Origin: Planctomycetota bacterium
GTDB lineage: Bacteria > Planctomycetota > Planctomycetia > Pirellulales > Lacipirellulaceae
Assembly (NCBI GenBank): GCA_029259975.1
Contig: JAJDEE010000089.1
Coordinates: 1,083-65,082, forward strand
Direction: 5' to 3'
Length of the DNA stretch: 64,000 nt
Positions 19,760 through 28,639 of this stretch are shown here, piece by piece. Within the stretch, counting starts at the first letter, position 1; every line of letters starts with the position of its first letter. Made by a program: the position numbers and the translations under genes. A model generated the notes under the pieces. That model worked only from the letters and a program-made list of their open reading frames with translations, did no database searches and was not told the DNA's origin.

Positions 19760-21049
19760 GTGGACTTCCGTATCTTAGGGATTACTGTGCTAGGCGTTCT
19801 CCTCGCAAACCCGATCGACATTGTGGCTGACGAGATTGTGGCCGACGAGGTCGTCAGCACTCAGACAGTAAGATTCGCCACCTTCAACGTCTCGCTCTAC
19901 GACACTGCCGAAAGTAACCTCTCGAAACGATTATCTGTCAAAGGAGACGCCCGCGCAACGGCTCTCGCCGAAATTATCCAACGCACGCGGCCGGATGTTC
20001 TCCTGCTGAACGAAGTCGATTACGACGCGGCTGGTAACGCGATAACCAACTTTCAGTCCAACTATCTGGTTGTCGGGCAGAACCGCTCTCAGGCACCTGA
20101 CGGGCCAGCCGAACCGATTGAGTTTCCGTACCGCTTTTTCGCACCTTCGAACACCGGCCAACCCTCGGGCTTCGATCTCGATCGCAATGGCAAGGTCGTC
20201 TCGACCCCCGGCAGCAGCGAATACGGCGGCGACTGTTGGGGCTATGGCGAGTATCCTGGCAAGTACGCACTGGTCGTGTTGTCGCGTTATCCTATCGATA
20301 CAGAGGCCGCTCGTACTTTCCAAAAGTTCCGCTGGCAGGACATGCCCGAGGCTCAGTTGCCCGACAATCTTGCGACTTCGGCACCCGCCGATTGGTACTC
20401 GCCTGAGGTACTAGCACAGTTTCCGCTGTCTTCCAAAAGCCACTGGGATGTGCCCATAAAAATCGCAGGACACACGATTCACCTGCTGGTCTCGCACCCG
20501 ACCCCGCCGACTTACGATGGCGAGGAAGATCGCAACGGTCGACGCAACCACGACGAAATTCGTTTTTGGGATGACTACATCACACCTGGCGCTGGCAGCT
20601 ACATTTACGACGACCAGGGCGTGAAAGGCGGATTAACTTCCGGCGAAGATTTCGTCATCATGGGCGACCTCAACGGCGATCCCATCGATGGCCAAGGCAA
20701 GGAAGGCATCGCCCGGCTACTCGCCTCTCCCCAAATCTCCACAAATCCCGTGCCAAAGAGTGACGGTGGCGCAGAGCAGGCAAGGCTGCAAAGTGGCGCA
20801 AACGACACGCATCAAGGCGATCCGGCACTCGATACGCTCGATGCGGCAGACCGCGAAGGGCCTGGCAACCTACGAGTCGACTACGTAATTCCCGCAAGAA
20901 AGCTAAAAACTATTGCATCTGGCGTGTTTTGGCCCAAGAATACCAGTAAGCTGTTTTCGCTGGTAGGCACTCATCCGTTTCCCAGCTCCGATCATCGTCT
21001 AGTCTGGATTGATATTGATATCGATACCTTAGTTAGTCAGCAGGAGTGA
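19760..21049 (+). CDS. Secreted endonuclease/exonuclease/phosphatase family protein
   Basis: ATFNVSL, DVLLLNE, SSKSHWDVP, HPTPP, GDLNGDP, LRVDYV, SDHRLVW. GTG start after GAGG. Confidence 0.88.
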   Translation: MDFRILGITVLGVLLANPIDIVADEIVADEVVSTQTVRFATFNVSLYDTAESNLSKRLSVKGDARATALAEIIQRTRPDVLLLNEVDYDAAGNAITNFQSNYLVVGQNRSQAPDGPAEPIEFPYRFFAPSNTGQPSGFDLDRNGKVVSTPGSSEYGGDCWGYGEYPGKYALVVLSRYPIDTEAARTFQKFRWQDMPEAQLPDNLATSAPADWYSPEVLAQFPLSSKSHWDVPIKIAGHTIHLLVSHPTPPTYDGEEDRNGRRNHDEIRFWDDYITPGAGSYIYDDQGVKGGLTSGEDFVIMGDLNGDPIDGQGKEGIARLLASPQISTNPVPKSDGGAEQARLQSGANDTHQGDPALDTLDAADREGPGNLRVDYVIPARKLKTIASGVFWPKNTSKLFSLVGTHPFPSSDHRLVWIDIDIDTLVSQQE

Positions 21050-21124
21050 GCCACCAGTGGTTTGGAACACGGCTTCGTCTCACGACTCGCTGCTAACAAC
21101 TCATAAATTCTACGGAGATAAATC

Positions 21125-22252
21125 ATGGTTCGATCACGGTCACGTGGCTTTACATTAGTGGAACTCTTGGTCGTGATCGCGATCATCGGCGTCCTGGTCG
21201 CTTTGCTCTTGCCCGCCGTCCAAGCCGCCCGCGAAGCGGCCCGCCGCACGCAATGCGTCAACAATCTCAAACAGATGGGTCTGGCAGCAGCCAACTACGA
21301 AAGCGCCCGCGGCCGCTTTCCGCCCGGACGGCTGTTTCCCGACTGGACTGATAGCAATGGGAATCCGAAAGCTGGATCTAGCAATTATAGTGCAGTTTCC
21401 ATCGGTGACAAAACTGGTTTCTACTCCGTTCACATCTGGCTACTGCCCTATATGGAAGCCAATAATGTTTACGACCTGATCGACTTCAATATTGCCCAGA
21501 TCAAAATTGTGGACCCCGCTAGAAACCCTAATTCCCAAGCCTACTTAACTGCGAACAATCTGTTCATTTGCCCCAGCGATGCCAACATCGGGCAAATCGT
21601 CTCTGAGAATAATTACCGCTCCAACTTTGGTGGCTCGACGCCCGGAGCAGGGACGCAGAGTTCTGGAGCTATTGAATCTCGACCGACAGATATCTGGCCA
21701 GTTGGCGGGAATGGTGCTTTTTCGATGGGCAAAAAAGGTCTGAAAGCAGGCGAATACACCGATGGCCTTTCTCAAACCGCTTTCTTTTCTGAGCGCATCA
21801 AAGGAAACGGCGATGACCAAGCTTCGATCCCTGATCGCAGTACTATGATTCGCTGCCCGAACAATTCTTTCCGTGGTGGCGTCTCGTTTGAACCCAACTT
21901 TCTGGCAGCTGATGCTTACATTCCAAATGCGAGTGGTTTTACCTTCACTAAAGCAGGGCGGTTAGATCCTGAATCCAGTTTTTCTAACGGTTGGCCTTTT
22001 GCTGGTTACGATTCGACGCAGTACAACCACGTCGCGCCGCCGAACTGGAAGGGCCAGGACTGTGGCGTAAGTTTCATCTCGGACGCCCCACAAGAGCACG
22101 CCATCGTCGCTGCCCGCAGCGATCACCCCGGGACGGTTGTGGTAGCCTTCGGCGATGGACACACGGCCATCGTCAGCGATAGCGTCGACCTAGTGGTCTG
22201 GCGGGCTGTCGGCTCTCGCAATGGCGGAGAAGTCGTCAACCTTGATTTCTAA
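21125..22252 (+). CDS. DUF1559 prepilin-type N-terminal cleavage/methylation domain protein
   Basis: [56 protein letters not shown].....GDG. Confidence 0.95.
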   Translation: MVRSRSRGFTLVELLVVIAIIGVLVALLLPAVQAAREAARRTQCVNNLKQMGLAAANYESARGRFPPGRLFPDWTDSNGNPKAGSSNYSAVSIGDKTGFYSVHIWLLPYMEANNVYDLIDFNIAQIKIVDPARNPNSQAYLTANNLFICPSDANIGQIVSENNYRSNFGGSTPGAGTQSSGAIESRPTDIWPVGGNGAFSMGKKGLKAGEYTDGLSQTAFFSERIKGNGDDQASIPDRSTMIRCPNNSFRGGVSFEPNFLAADAYIPNASGFTFTKAGRLDPESSFSNGWPFAGYDSTQYNHVAPPNWKGQDCGVSFISDAPQEHAIVAARSDHPGTVVVAFGDGHTAIVSDSVDLVVWRAVGSRNGGEVVNLDF

Positions 22253-22383
22253 GTTGTTTCCTAAGCAGCGGAACGGGGATTCCCAAGCCGAGGCCGAGGC
22301 TACATAATGAGGGACGCACTCAAGCAGAGGGGGAACTATCGTTTTCAGTAGTAGCTTTGGCAACTTATTGGGGAGACCGTGTG

Positions 22384-23556
22384 ATGACATCCACTTCTAG
22401 CATGGTACGCACTTCTAGCATGGTACGCACTTCTAGCGTGGTGTGTACTTCTAGCGTGGTGTGTACTTCTGGTAGCATGGTGTGTACCTCTGGCTTCGTA
22501 CGAAAGCGAATGATCGCCGCGCTGGCCGTCGTCGCCACGCTGGCAGGCGGGGCGTCCTACGTTGCGCAATCTTGGCAGCAACAGGCGCAGCAAGACCTTG
22601 TTAAGCGAACGGTCAGCAACGTCTTTTCCAACATGTCCGTCACCGACGCGCTCGACGAGGTTTACCAAGATGCCGACGGTGATCTGATCGCCGACATGCC
22701 TGAGCAACAAGCCCTGTTGGCCAAGCCGAAGGAGCTGGTATTTTCGTTCATCGCCTCTGAAGACCCTGCTAACGACCCCGCAGTTTGGAAAGCCGCTACT
22801 GACGCAATTGCCGAAAAGACTGGCCTGCCCGTCACGTATCTGCGACTCGAAGATTCGAAGACGCAGTTGGCAGCGCTCCGCAACGGTCAACTGCATGTGA
22901 CCGCCTTCAGCTCTGGTACTGTCCCTGCTGCCGTCAACCGAGCTGGTTTCGCCCCCATCTGCACCATCGGTAGCAACGAAAACGAAGCCGGCGAGAAATC
23001 TGCTGGTAAGTTTGGCTACACCATGCAGTTTATCGTGAAGGCGGATAGCCCCATGAAAAATCTCGGCGACCTACGCCAAGCAAAAATCGCCTTCGTGCGT
23101 CCTCGATCAAACTCGGGCTGCAAGGCAGCGATGATTTTACTCTGGGATAAACACGGCTTGCAGCCTGAGCGAGATTACAGCTGGTACTATTCTTACAGCC
23201 ACAACGAATCGATTCAGGCAGTCGTTGCGGGCGACGCGGACGCGGCACCGGTCGCAAGCGATATTTTGGCCCGTATGACCGCGAAAGACGAGATCGCAGC
23301 TGACGCGTACCGCGTACTCTACGAGTCCGAACGCTTTCCGCCGGTCGCCTTTGGTTGCGTCTACAACTTGCCCCAGGAGTTACGCGATTCCATTCGTACA
23401 GCGCTGCTGGAATTGGACTGGGCCGACTCCCAACTTGCCGCAGAGATGGCAGCCGGCGAACCAAAAAGATTCCTGCCGATCTCGTACAAAGACGATTGGG
23501 CCAACATCCGCCGCGTCGACCAAGCCGCCAGCAACGCAAATAGTAAGCTTCGCTAA
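22384..23556 (+). CDS. PhnD-like phosphate/phosphite/phosphonate ABC substrate-binding protein
   Basis: DADGDL, QLAALRNG.LHV, AF....SNSG, SH.ESI.AV..GDADAAPVASD, SERFPP. Confidence 0.8.
   Translation: MTSTSSMVRTSSMVRTSSVVCTSSVVCTSGSMVCTSGFVRKRMIAALAVVATLAGGASYVAQSWQQQAQQDLVKRTVSNVFSNMSVTDALDEVYQDADGDLIADMPEQQALLAKPKELVFSFIASEDPANDPAVWKAATDAIAEKTGLPVTYLRLEDSKTQLAALRNGQLHVTAFSSGTVPAAVNRAGFAPICTIGSNENEAGEKSAGKFGYTMQFIVKADSPMKNLGDLRQAKIAFVRPRSNSGCKAAMILLWDKHGLQPERDYSWYYSYSHNESIQAVVAGDADAAPVASDILARMTAKDEIAADAYRVLYESERFPPVAFGCVYNLPQELRDSIRTALLELDWADSQLAAEMAAGEPKRFLPISYKDDWANIRRVDQAASNANSKLR
22393..22503 (+). repeat. In-frame 18-bp tandem repeat (about 6 units)
   Basis: ACTTCTAGCATGGTACGC x2, ACTTCTAGCGTGGTGTGT x2, then two degenerate units. 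Confidence 0.9.
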
Positions 23557-23628
23557 GGGTTTTGGTAGTTAGCTGACAATTGCATTCGTACAGGCGAACG
23601 TCATTCCCACCGCAAGAAAAAGCAAAAT

Positions 23629-23826
23629 GGCGCAAGCCGTCCGGTAACGTAACAATTGAAGCGAATCGGCGCAACGTGAAATCGAAGCGAATCGGCGCAA
23701 CGTGACAACAATCGTAGCGGAACGGCGCAAGCCGTCCGGTGACAGAATCCACACGCGTCGACGAGGAAAACGATGCCGGCGGCTTGCCCCCGTGTAAAAA
23801 CCGGACGGCTTGCGCCGTTCCGCTAC
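23629..23826. repeat. REP cluster downstream of RAYT (GTAGCGGAACGGCGCAAGCCGTCCGGT family)
   Basis: Full copy 23714-23740, inverted copy 23800-23826, partial copy at 23629, plus a ~22-bp direct repeat at about 23657-23705. Confidence 0.9.
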
Positions 23827-23848
23827 AGTTCCTTTGCGATTCACTAAT

Positions 23849-24361
23849 TCATTTGCGATTCGCTTTCGAGCCGCCTGCGTCTTGGGCTTCGACCGTGTAC
23901 CTGATAGCAGCTTCTAACGATTTCTCGTCGAATAACTTCCGTACGCTTCCTTTTCGAGTCCACCAATGCTCTCGTACTTCAGCTTTCGAATTCGGGAGTG
24001 CGCGATGATGATCTTTGAGTCTCCGCTTCGCCCATGATTTCAATTGGTCGCAGACCTGTTCGCCGTCGTATCCGACAGCAGAAGCAACTACATGACAATG
24101 ATTGCTTCGGCAATTTATGGCATGCAACCTCCATCCACGGATTGCACAATGATCGTGCACGACCTGCTTCACGATCTCGCGCTCGGTTTTGTCAAGCAGC
24201 ACTGCCGTCTCGGCTATTCGACCGCGACACCAATCCTCAAGCAATGGCTGAGACAATTGCTCGCCTTTGTGCCACTTTGTCCAACTACGTTTATCACCGG
24301 GCAGGTAAGTGCCGTAGCATGTCCATGTGATGAAGAATGCAAGTACGTCATTATTCATCAT
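23849..24361 (-). mobile_element. Y1/HUH transposase, REP-associated tyrosine transposase (RAYT/TnpA-REP)-like
   Basis: FITWTCYGTYLPGD, NHCHVV (HUH), LK, WW..GS, AAIRY (catalytic Tyr); REP doublets on both sides. Confidence 0.85.
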
Positions 24362-24396
24362 GTCGCCGCATCTTTGATGATCGATGATCGATGATT

Positions 24397-24471
24397 GTAG
24401 CGGCACGGCGCAAGCCGTCCGGTGACTTGTAGAAAACTTGTAAAAAACCGGAGGGCTTGCGCCCTTCCGCT
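24397..24471. repeat. REP doublet upstream of RAYT
   Basis: GTAGCGGCACGGCGCAAGCCGTCCGGT (24397-24423) and an inverted variant at 24447-24471. Confidence 0.9.
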
Positions 24472-24535
24472 TCCGCTGGGTGATGCGGCTGGCGACTTTA
24501 GTCGTTTTGTATGGCTACTGCCAACGAACGCTTTT

Positions 24536-25786
24536 CTACTTCAACTGAAACCGCGCTGTCACGGGGTTGTGATCAGACCCCGAAGTCTTGACGCTGCCTG
24601 GAACAGTGCGGTAGCTACCCGCGACATACCGCTTGGCCATCGATGGCGAGCAAAGGATGAAGTCGATCATCGATCGTCGCGGCTCTTTGTTGTAGGTGAT
24701 GAGCGATTGGATCGCTGTCTCAGAAAGCGGCAAATGAAGGGCCGTCGAACCACTGCCAACTATCGTCGTCAAGGTTGGGCTTCCCCAGATATCATTAAAA
24801 TCGCCCATCAACAAAATCGCCGCCTCAGGATCTGCGGTCAAGCGCCGATCGAGTTGCTGCCGCAAAAAGCGACACTCAGCTAAACGCACAGGTTCCGAAA
24901 ACTCGCGCCCACCCGAGTTGCTCTTTAGGTGGACGACCCAGATCTCGAAAGGCGATTTGCCCGGCGGCGTCAAAGTGACGCTTAGCAAGTCTCGCGACAT
25001 GCGCCGTTGGCGGTCATCAGGCCCCGGAAATTTCATGTGCCGATATGATCGCACCGGCCCCACAGGCACCCTCGATAACAAACACACGTCGATTCCTCGA
25101 AGGTCGTTCCCTTCGTAATGCACGATGTGCTTGTAGCCCATGTCGTCGAGAAACACATCGCGAAATCGCTTCAAATAGCCTCGTGACTCGACCTCTTGCA
25201 GTGCAATGACATCTGCATCGAGCGCACGAATCACTTCAGCGACATGCTCCATCTCCTCACGTGGCTTTGCCGGCGTGGTCTCGTCGAGATGGTAAGGGCT
25301 ATCGACATCGTCAAATAGGTTAAGAATATTGAACGAAGCGACCATCAACTGGTCTTTATTCGACTCCCAAACACGCTGCTTAGGAATCACGACGTCCGGC
25401 AGCTTGTCAACAACTTCGATCTGCGAGGGGCTTGTCAGTACAATCTGTGGACGATCACGATGGGCGGTGATTTGACCGCGAATCTTCACCAACTTGCCTG
25501 CGTAAAGTTTCTTGAGATCGTCGGGGAATTTCCCATAATTGTCTTTGAAGACTACGCCGACAAATTTTGCGGGCCGCTCTTCGTCGAAGTTGATAAACGT
25601 GATCGCGCCAATGTTGCGCACTTCGATAATTTTTCCGCAGACATACGCCACTTCGCCCATCGCCTCGTCGGCGGTGCTCCAGTGGATGTTCATTACGCCT
25701 TCGTCTGCATCAATCACCGACTGGGCATCAGCACGTAAAATCGTGGCAAAGAAGAAAATCATCAGTACAACAACAGATCGGCGCAT
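24536..25786 (-). CDS. Secreted EEP-family nuclease/phosphatase with N-terminal OB-fold-like domain
   Basis: GK.V.IRG.I..HRDRPQI OB-like segment; SFNILNLFD, ALQEVE, HLKS, GDFND, IDFIL, SDHNPV. Confidence 0.85.
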   Translation of the reverse strand: MRRSVVVLMIFFFATILRADAQSVIDADEGVMNIHWSTADEAMGEVAYVCGKIIEVRNIGAITFINFDEERPAKFVGVVFKDNYGKFPDDLKKLYAGKLVKIRGQITAHRDRPQIVLTSPSQIEVVDKLPDVVIPKQRVWESNKDQLMVASFNILNLFDDVDSPYHLDETTPAKPREEMEHVAEVIRALDADVIALQEVESRGYLKRFRDVFLDDMGYKHIVHYEGNDLRGIDVCLLSRVPVGPVRSYRHMKFPGPDDRQRRMSRDLLSVTLTPPGKSPFEIWVVHLKSNSGGREFSEPVRLAECRFLRQQLDRRLTADPEAAILLMGDFNDIWGSPTLTTIVGSGSTALHLPLSETAIQSLITYNKEPRRSMIDFILCSPSMAKRYVAGSYRTVPGSVKTSGSDHNPVTARFQLK

Positions 25787-25900
25787 GGTCGCTCCAATAT
25801 TCCACGGGGGCAGGTTGCCAGTCGGCTCAAAGAGACCCAAGCCGATGAGATTATACTCGCTGAAAACTGCGCAGAAAGCAAGCGGCTAAACACCTCTCCA

Positions 25901-26842
25901 TCACTTCGCCAGCGATAGATAGTATTCGATCGACCGCCGTAGACCTTCGTCGAAATCGACCTGTGGCTCATAGTCGAGAACCTTCCGAGCGAGTCCAATA
26001 TCGGCAAGACTTTCACGCACGTCGCCGGCACGCGCCTCGGCGAAAATCGGCTTGATCTGGGTGTCGAGAGCTTCGTTGATCGCCTTGATCAATTGAAGCA
26101 GTGTAAGCTGCTGCCCCGTAGCGACGTTGATCGAACGTCCGACTGCGTCAGCGGCATCCGCCGCAGCCAGATTGCACTGAACCACATTTTCGACATAGAC
26201 AAAATCTCGCGACTGCTTACCGTCGCCGTATACGGTGGGCTGCTCACCCTTGACCATCTTTGAAACAAAGATCGGAATGACCGCCGAGTATTCACTCTGG
26301 GGATCTTGCCTTGGACCAAACACATTGAAGTAGCGCAGCACTACCGTCTCAAGCCCGTAGGTAGCAGTGAAAGCTTGGCAGTAAGCTTCGCCCGCTAGTT
26401 TTGCCGCTGCATAGGGCGACAGCAGACTGGGCAAGTCGGTTTCTCTTTTCGAAGTCATGGGTAGATCGCCGTAGGCACTACTTGAACCCGCAAAAACTAC
26501 GCGGCGAACACCTGCTTGCCGCGCTGCATCGAGCACATTGACCGTACCTGTCACACAAACGGCATTCGTGTCCAGTGGCTTCTTGACACTCCATGGCACC
26601 GATGCCAAAGCAGCTTGGTGGTAGACGACCTCGACACCTTGAAGTGCCTGCTCTAGCTTTTCGCGATCGAGAACCGAAGCCTCGACAAAACTCACCTGAT
26701 CGCCCAGGTGTTCCAGATTCTCTCGACGACCTGTGAGGAGATTGTCCAGTACCGTCACCTCATCACCGCGAGCGACGAGTGCAGAGACGATGTGAGAACC
26801 AATAAAACCTGCTCCACCTGTGACCAAAAACTTTCTCGACAT
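25901..26842 (-). CDS. NAD-dependent nucleotide-sugar epimerase/dehydratase (extended SDR)
   Basis: VTGGAGFIGSH, SPYAAAK, LRYFNVFGPRQDP. Confidence 0.92.
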   Translation of the reverse strand: MSRKFLVTGGAGFIGSHIVSALVARGDEVTVLDNLLTGRRENLEHLGDQVSFVEASVLDREKLEQALQGVEVVYHQAALASVPWSVKKPLDTNAVCVTGTVNVLDAARQAGVRRVVFAGSSSAYGDLPMTSKRETDLPSLLSPYAAAKLAGEAYCQAFTATYGLETVVLRYFNVFGPRQDPQSEYSAVIPIFVSKMVKGEQPTVYGDGKQSRDFVYVENVVQCNLAAADAADAVGRSINVATGQQLTLLQLIKAINEALDTQIKPIFAEARAGDVRESLADIGLARKVLDYEPQVDFDEGLRRSIEYYLSLAK

Positions 26843-26926
26843 TGCAGCTCTCGTGTATCTCGACAAAAAACAATCTGACAGACAGTGAATGGGAAAGTAC
26901 AGTCTAAGAGGGTAGACTTGCGCTGG

Positions 26927-27298
26927 CTACTTCAAAATAAAAATGGTTCCGCACTCGTAGCAGTTTTGCTGTAAACGCCGACAGCGAATGATTTCCAGCG
27001 AGTAACAGCGATTTGTGTTCATCCAGAGCTGAATCTCCTCACGTGGGAAGATTTGCACCGGCGAGATCAATCCCATTCCCGCGCGCGAACAGTCTTTCAT
27101 GTATACGCCGTGTGTTTCTCCGACACGTTGCATAATGGCCTGGCAACGCAAATAGTGCCGCACAAAAGCGCGATGCCCTTCGAGCGGCTTTAGCCCAGCT
27201 TTGCCAAAAAACTCTTCTGGCGTCATGGGCAACGCCGCCTTCGATTTGGTTTTATCCCAGAGATCGTTTATCTCTGTTGCATGGTCGAGGTCCAACAT
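26927..27298 (-). CDS. PilZ-domain-like protein
   Basis: RAFVR (RxxxR) and DCSRAG (DxSxxG) motifs. Confidence 0.65.
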   Translation of the reverse strand: MLDLDHATEINDLWDKTKSKAALPMTPEEFFGKAGLKPLEGHRAFVRHYLRCQAIMQRVGETHGVYMKDCSRAGMGLISPVQIFPREEIQLWMNTNRCYSLEIIRCRRLQQNCYECGTIFILK

Positions 27299-28245
27299 GC
27301 CACGATCTCCTTGTCAAACTGTGTGCCTGCACCACGGCCTATTAATTCCAATGCTTCGTCGCTGCTGATTGGGGTTCGATAAGGTCGCTTCCCTGTTAGA
27401 GCATCAAATACGTCGACCACCGCCAGCATTTTGGCCCACGGATGAATTTCTTCCCCGGTAATCCCAACGGGATAGCCCTTGCCGCTGATGTGTTCGTGGT
27501 GCTGATAGACCATCATCAACTGACCCTGATTCAGGTTGTCACGTTGGTACAATTCTTCGTAGCCGACCTGAGGGTGCTGTTTAACATAATTCCATTCTTG
27601 TGGCGTCAAACGCGACGTTTTGTTCAAGATTGTGGACGGTATTTTCCGTTTACCTAGATCGTGCAGCAATCCCCCAATAGCAATACTCTCCAACTCTTTA
27701 GGATCGTTGTGCCCCAGTTCTTTTGCCAGCAAAGTCACATAACCCGCCACATTGGTCACATGCACAAAGGTATTATGATCGTGCCGAACGATGTCAAACA
27801 AATCGGACGGCAATACCTTATTGCCGTCTAGTAGCCCAACAATTTGACCGGCAATTGTTTCGGTTTGAGCAACATAATAATCACAATTCACCATCCGCAG
27901 CGAGTGTTCGATTTCCATCGACACGGCGCATTGCAACAATTCGTAGCGGTTGGTCACTGGCAGCCGATCATCTTCGAGTGTCGCACCTAGCGAATCTACT
28001 AAGTCTTGACTGAAGTCGGCATAGTCTTGCGCACGTACATACAAGGACTCTTGATCTGCCTCTGCAATCCCTTGAATTCGGTCTCCCGACAACGGATAGC
28101 CAGCGTCGCAATAGAGCACGGGCGACCCAGTCGCATCGTGCTGCAGGAACAGATCGACGCACGTTTTCTCCAGCGCCCGTAGAATGCTCATCGGAACGCG
28201 GATAAACTCGGGCGACGGTGCAATCGCGACGCTGCTTGCAGGCAT
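27268..28245 (-). CDS. HD-GYP cyclic-dinucleotide phosphodiesterase
   Basis: LLHDLGK, HP..G, HHE...G.GYP, VVDVFDALT..RPYR, GTQFD. Confidence 0.92.
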   Translation of the reverse strand: MPASSVAIAPSPEFIRVPMSILRALEKTCVDLFLQHDATGSPVLYCDAGYPLSGDRIQGIAEADQESLYVRAQDYADFSQDLVDSLGATLEDDRLPVTNRYELLQCAVSMEIEHSLRMVNCDYYVAQTETIAGQIVGLLDGNKVLPSDLFDIVRHDHNTFVHVTNVAGYVTLLAKELGHNDPKELESIAIGGLLHDLGKRKIPSTILNKTSRLTPQEWNYVKQHPQVGYEELYQRDNLNQGQLMMVYQHHEHISGKGYPVGITGEEIHPWAKMLAVVDVFDALTGKRPYRTPISSDEALELIGRGAGTQFDKEIVACWTSTMQQR

Positions 28246-28438
28246 GGGCAATCTCGTTGTATTTCAGTGGCTTGAATACAAAGAACCAAGAATTCTACCG
28301 AAATGTAGCACCCTCCCCTACGGCGGAGTGAAAACACCGCAAGTCCATGTGGTGATTCATAAGTCGTACAAGCGATGCAGCGCCTGATCGTAACGGTAAT
28401 TACGAGTTTGCCCCCTCTGAGAAAAATTCATCGCTTAA

Positions 28439-28603
28439 GGCGAGCGGCAGTTGAGAATTTACCTGATGGCGAAAGAATTGCTTAAAAATTAACCACGACG
28501 GCACAACGGGCACAACGAAGATTTTACGTTGTGTCCGTCGTGCCGTCGTAGTTCAATTTCTTTATAGATAGCAGAGCAGTCAGAAGGGACTTTGCCGTTT
28601 GCC
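28439..28603. mobile_element. MITE copy A (165 bp, TAA target duplication, internal hairpin 28491-28553)
   Basis: TAA-GGCGAGCGGCAGTTGAGAATTTACC...TTTGCCGTTTGCC-TAA. Left end is 22/25 identical to the left end of copy B. Confidence 0.75.
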
Positions 28604-28639
28604 TAACCCGCGCCCAGCGTCTATCGACTAGCGCCTTCC

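Noticed and set aside
22393-22503. Possible CRISPR array
   Set aside because: Units are contiguous 18-mers with no unique spacers, lie in frame in a CDS, and no cas genes are present.
23629-23826. Possible CRISPR or mini-array next to the transposase
   Set aside because: Repeats are inverted and irregularly spaced and begin with GTAG, which fits REPs.
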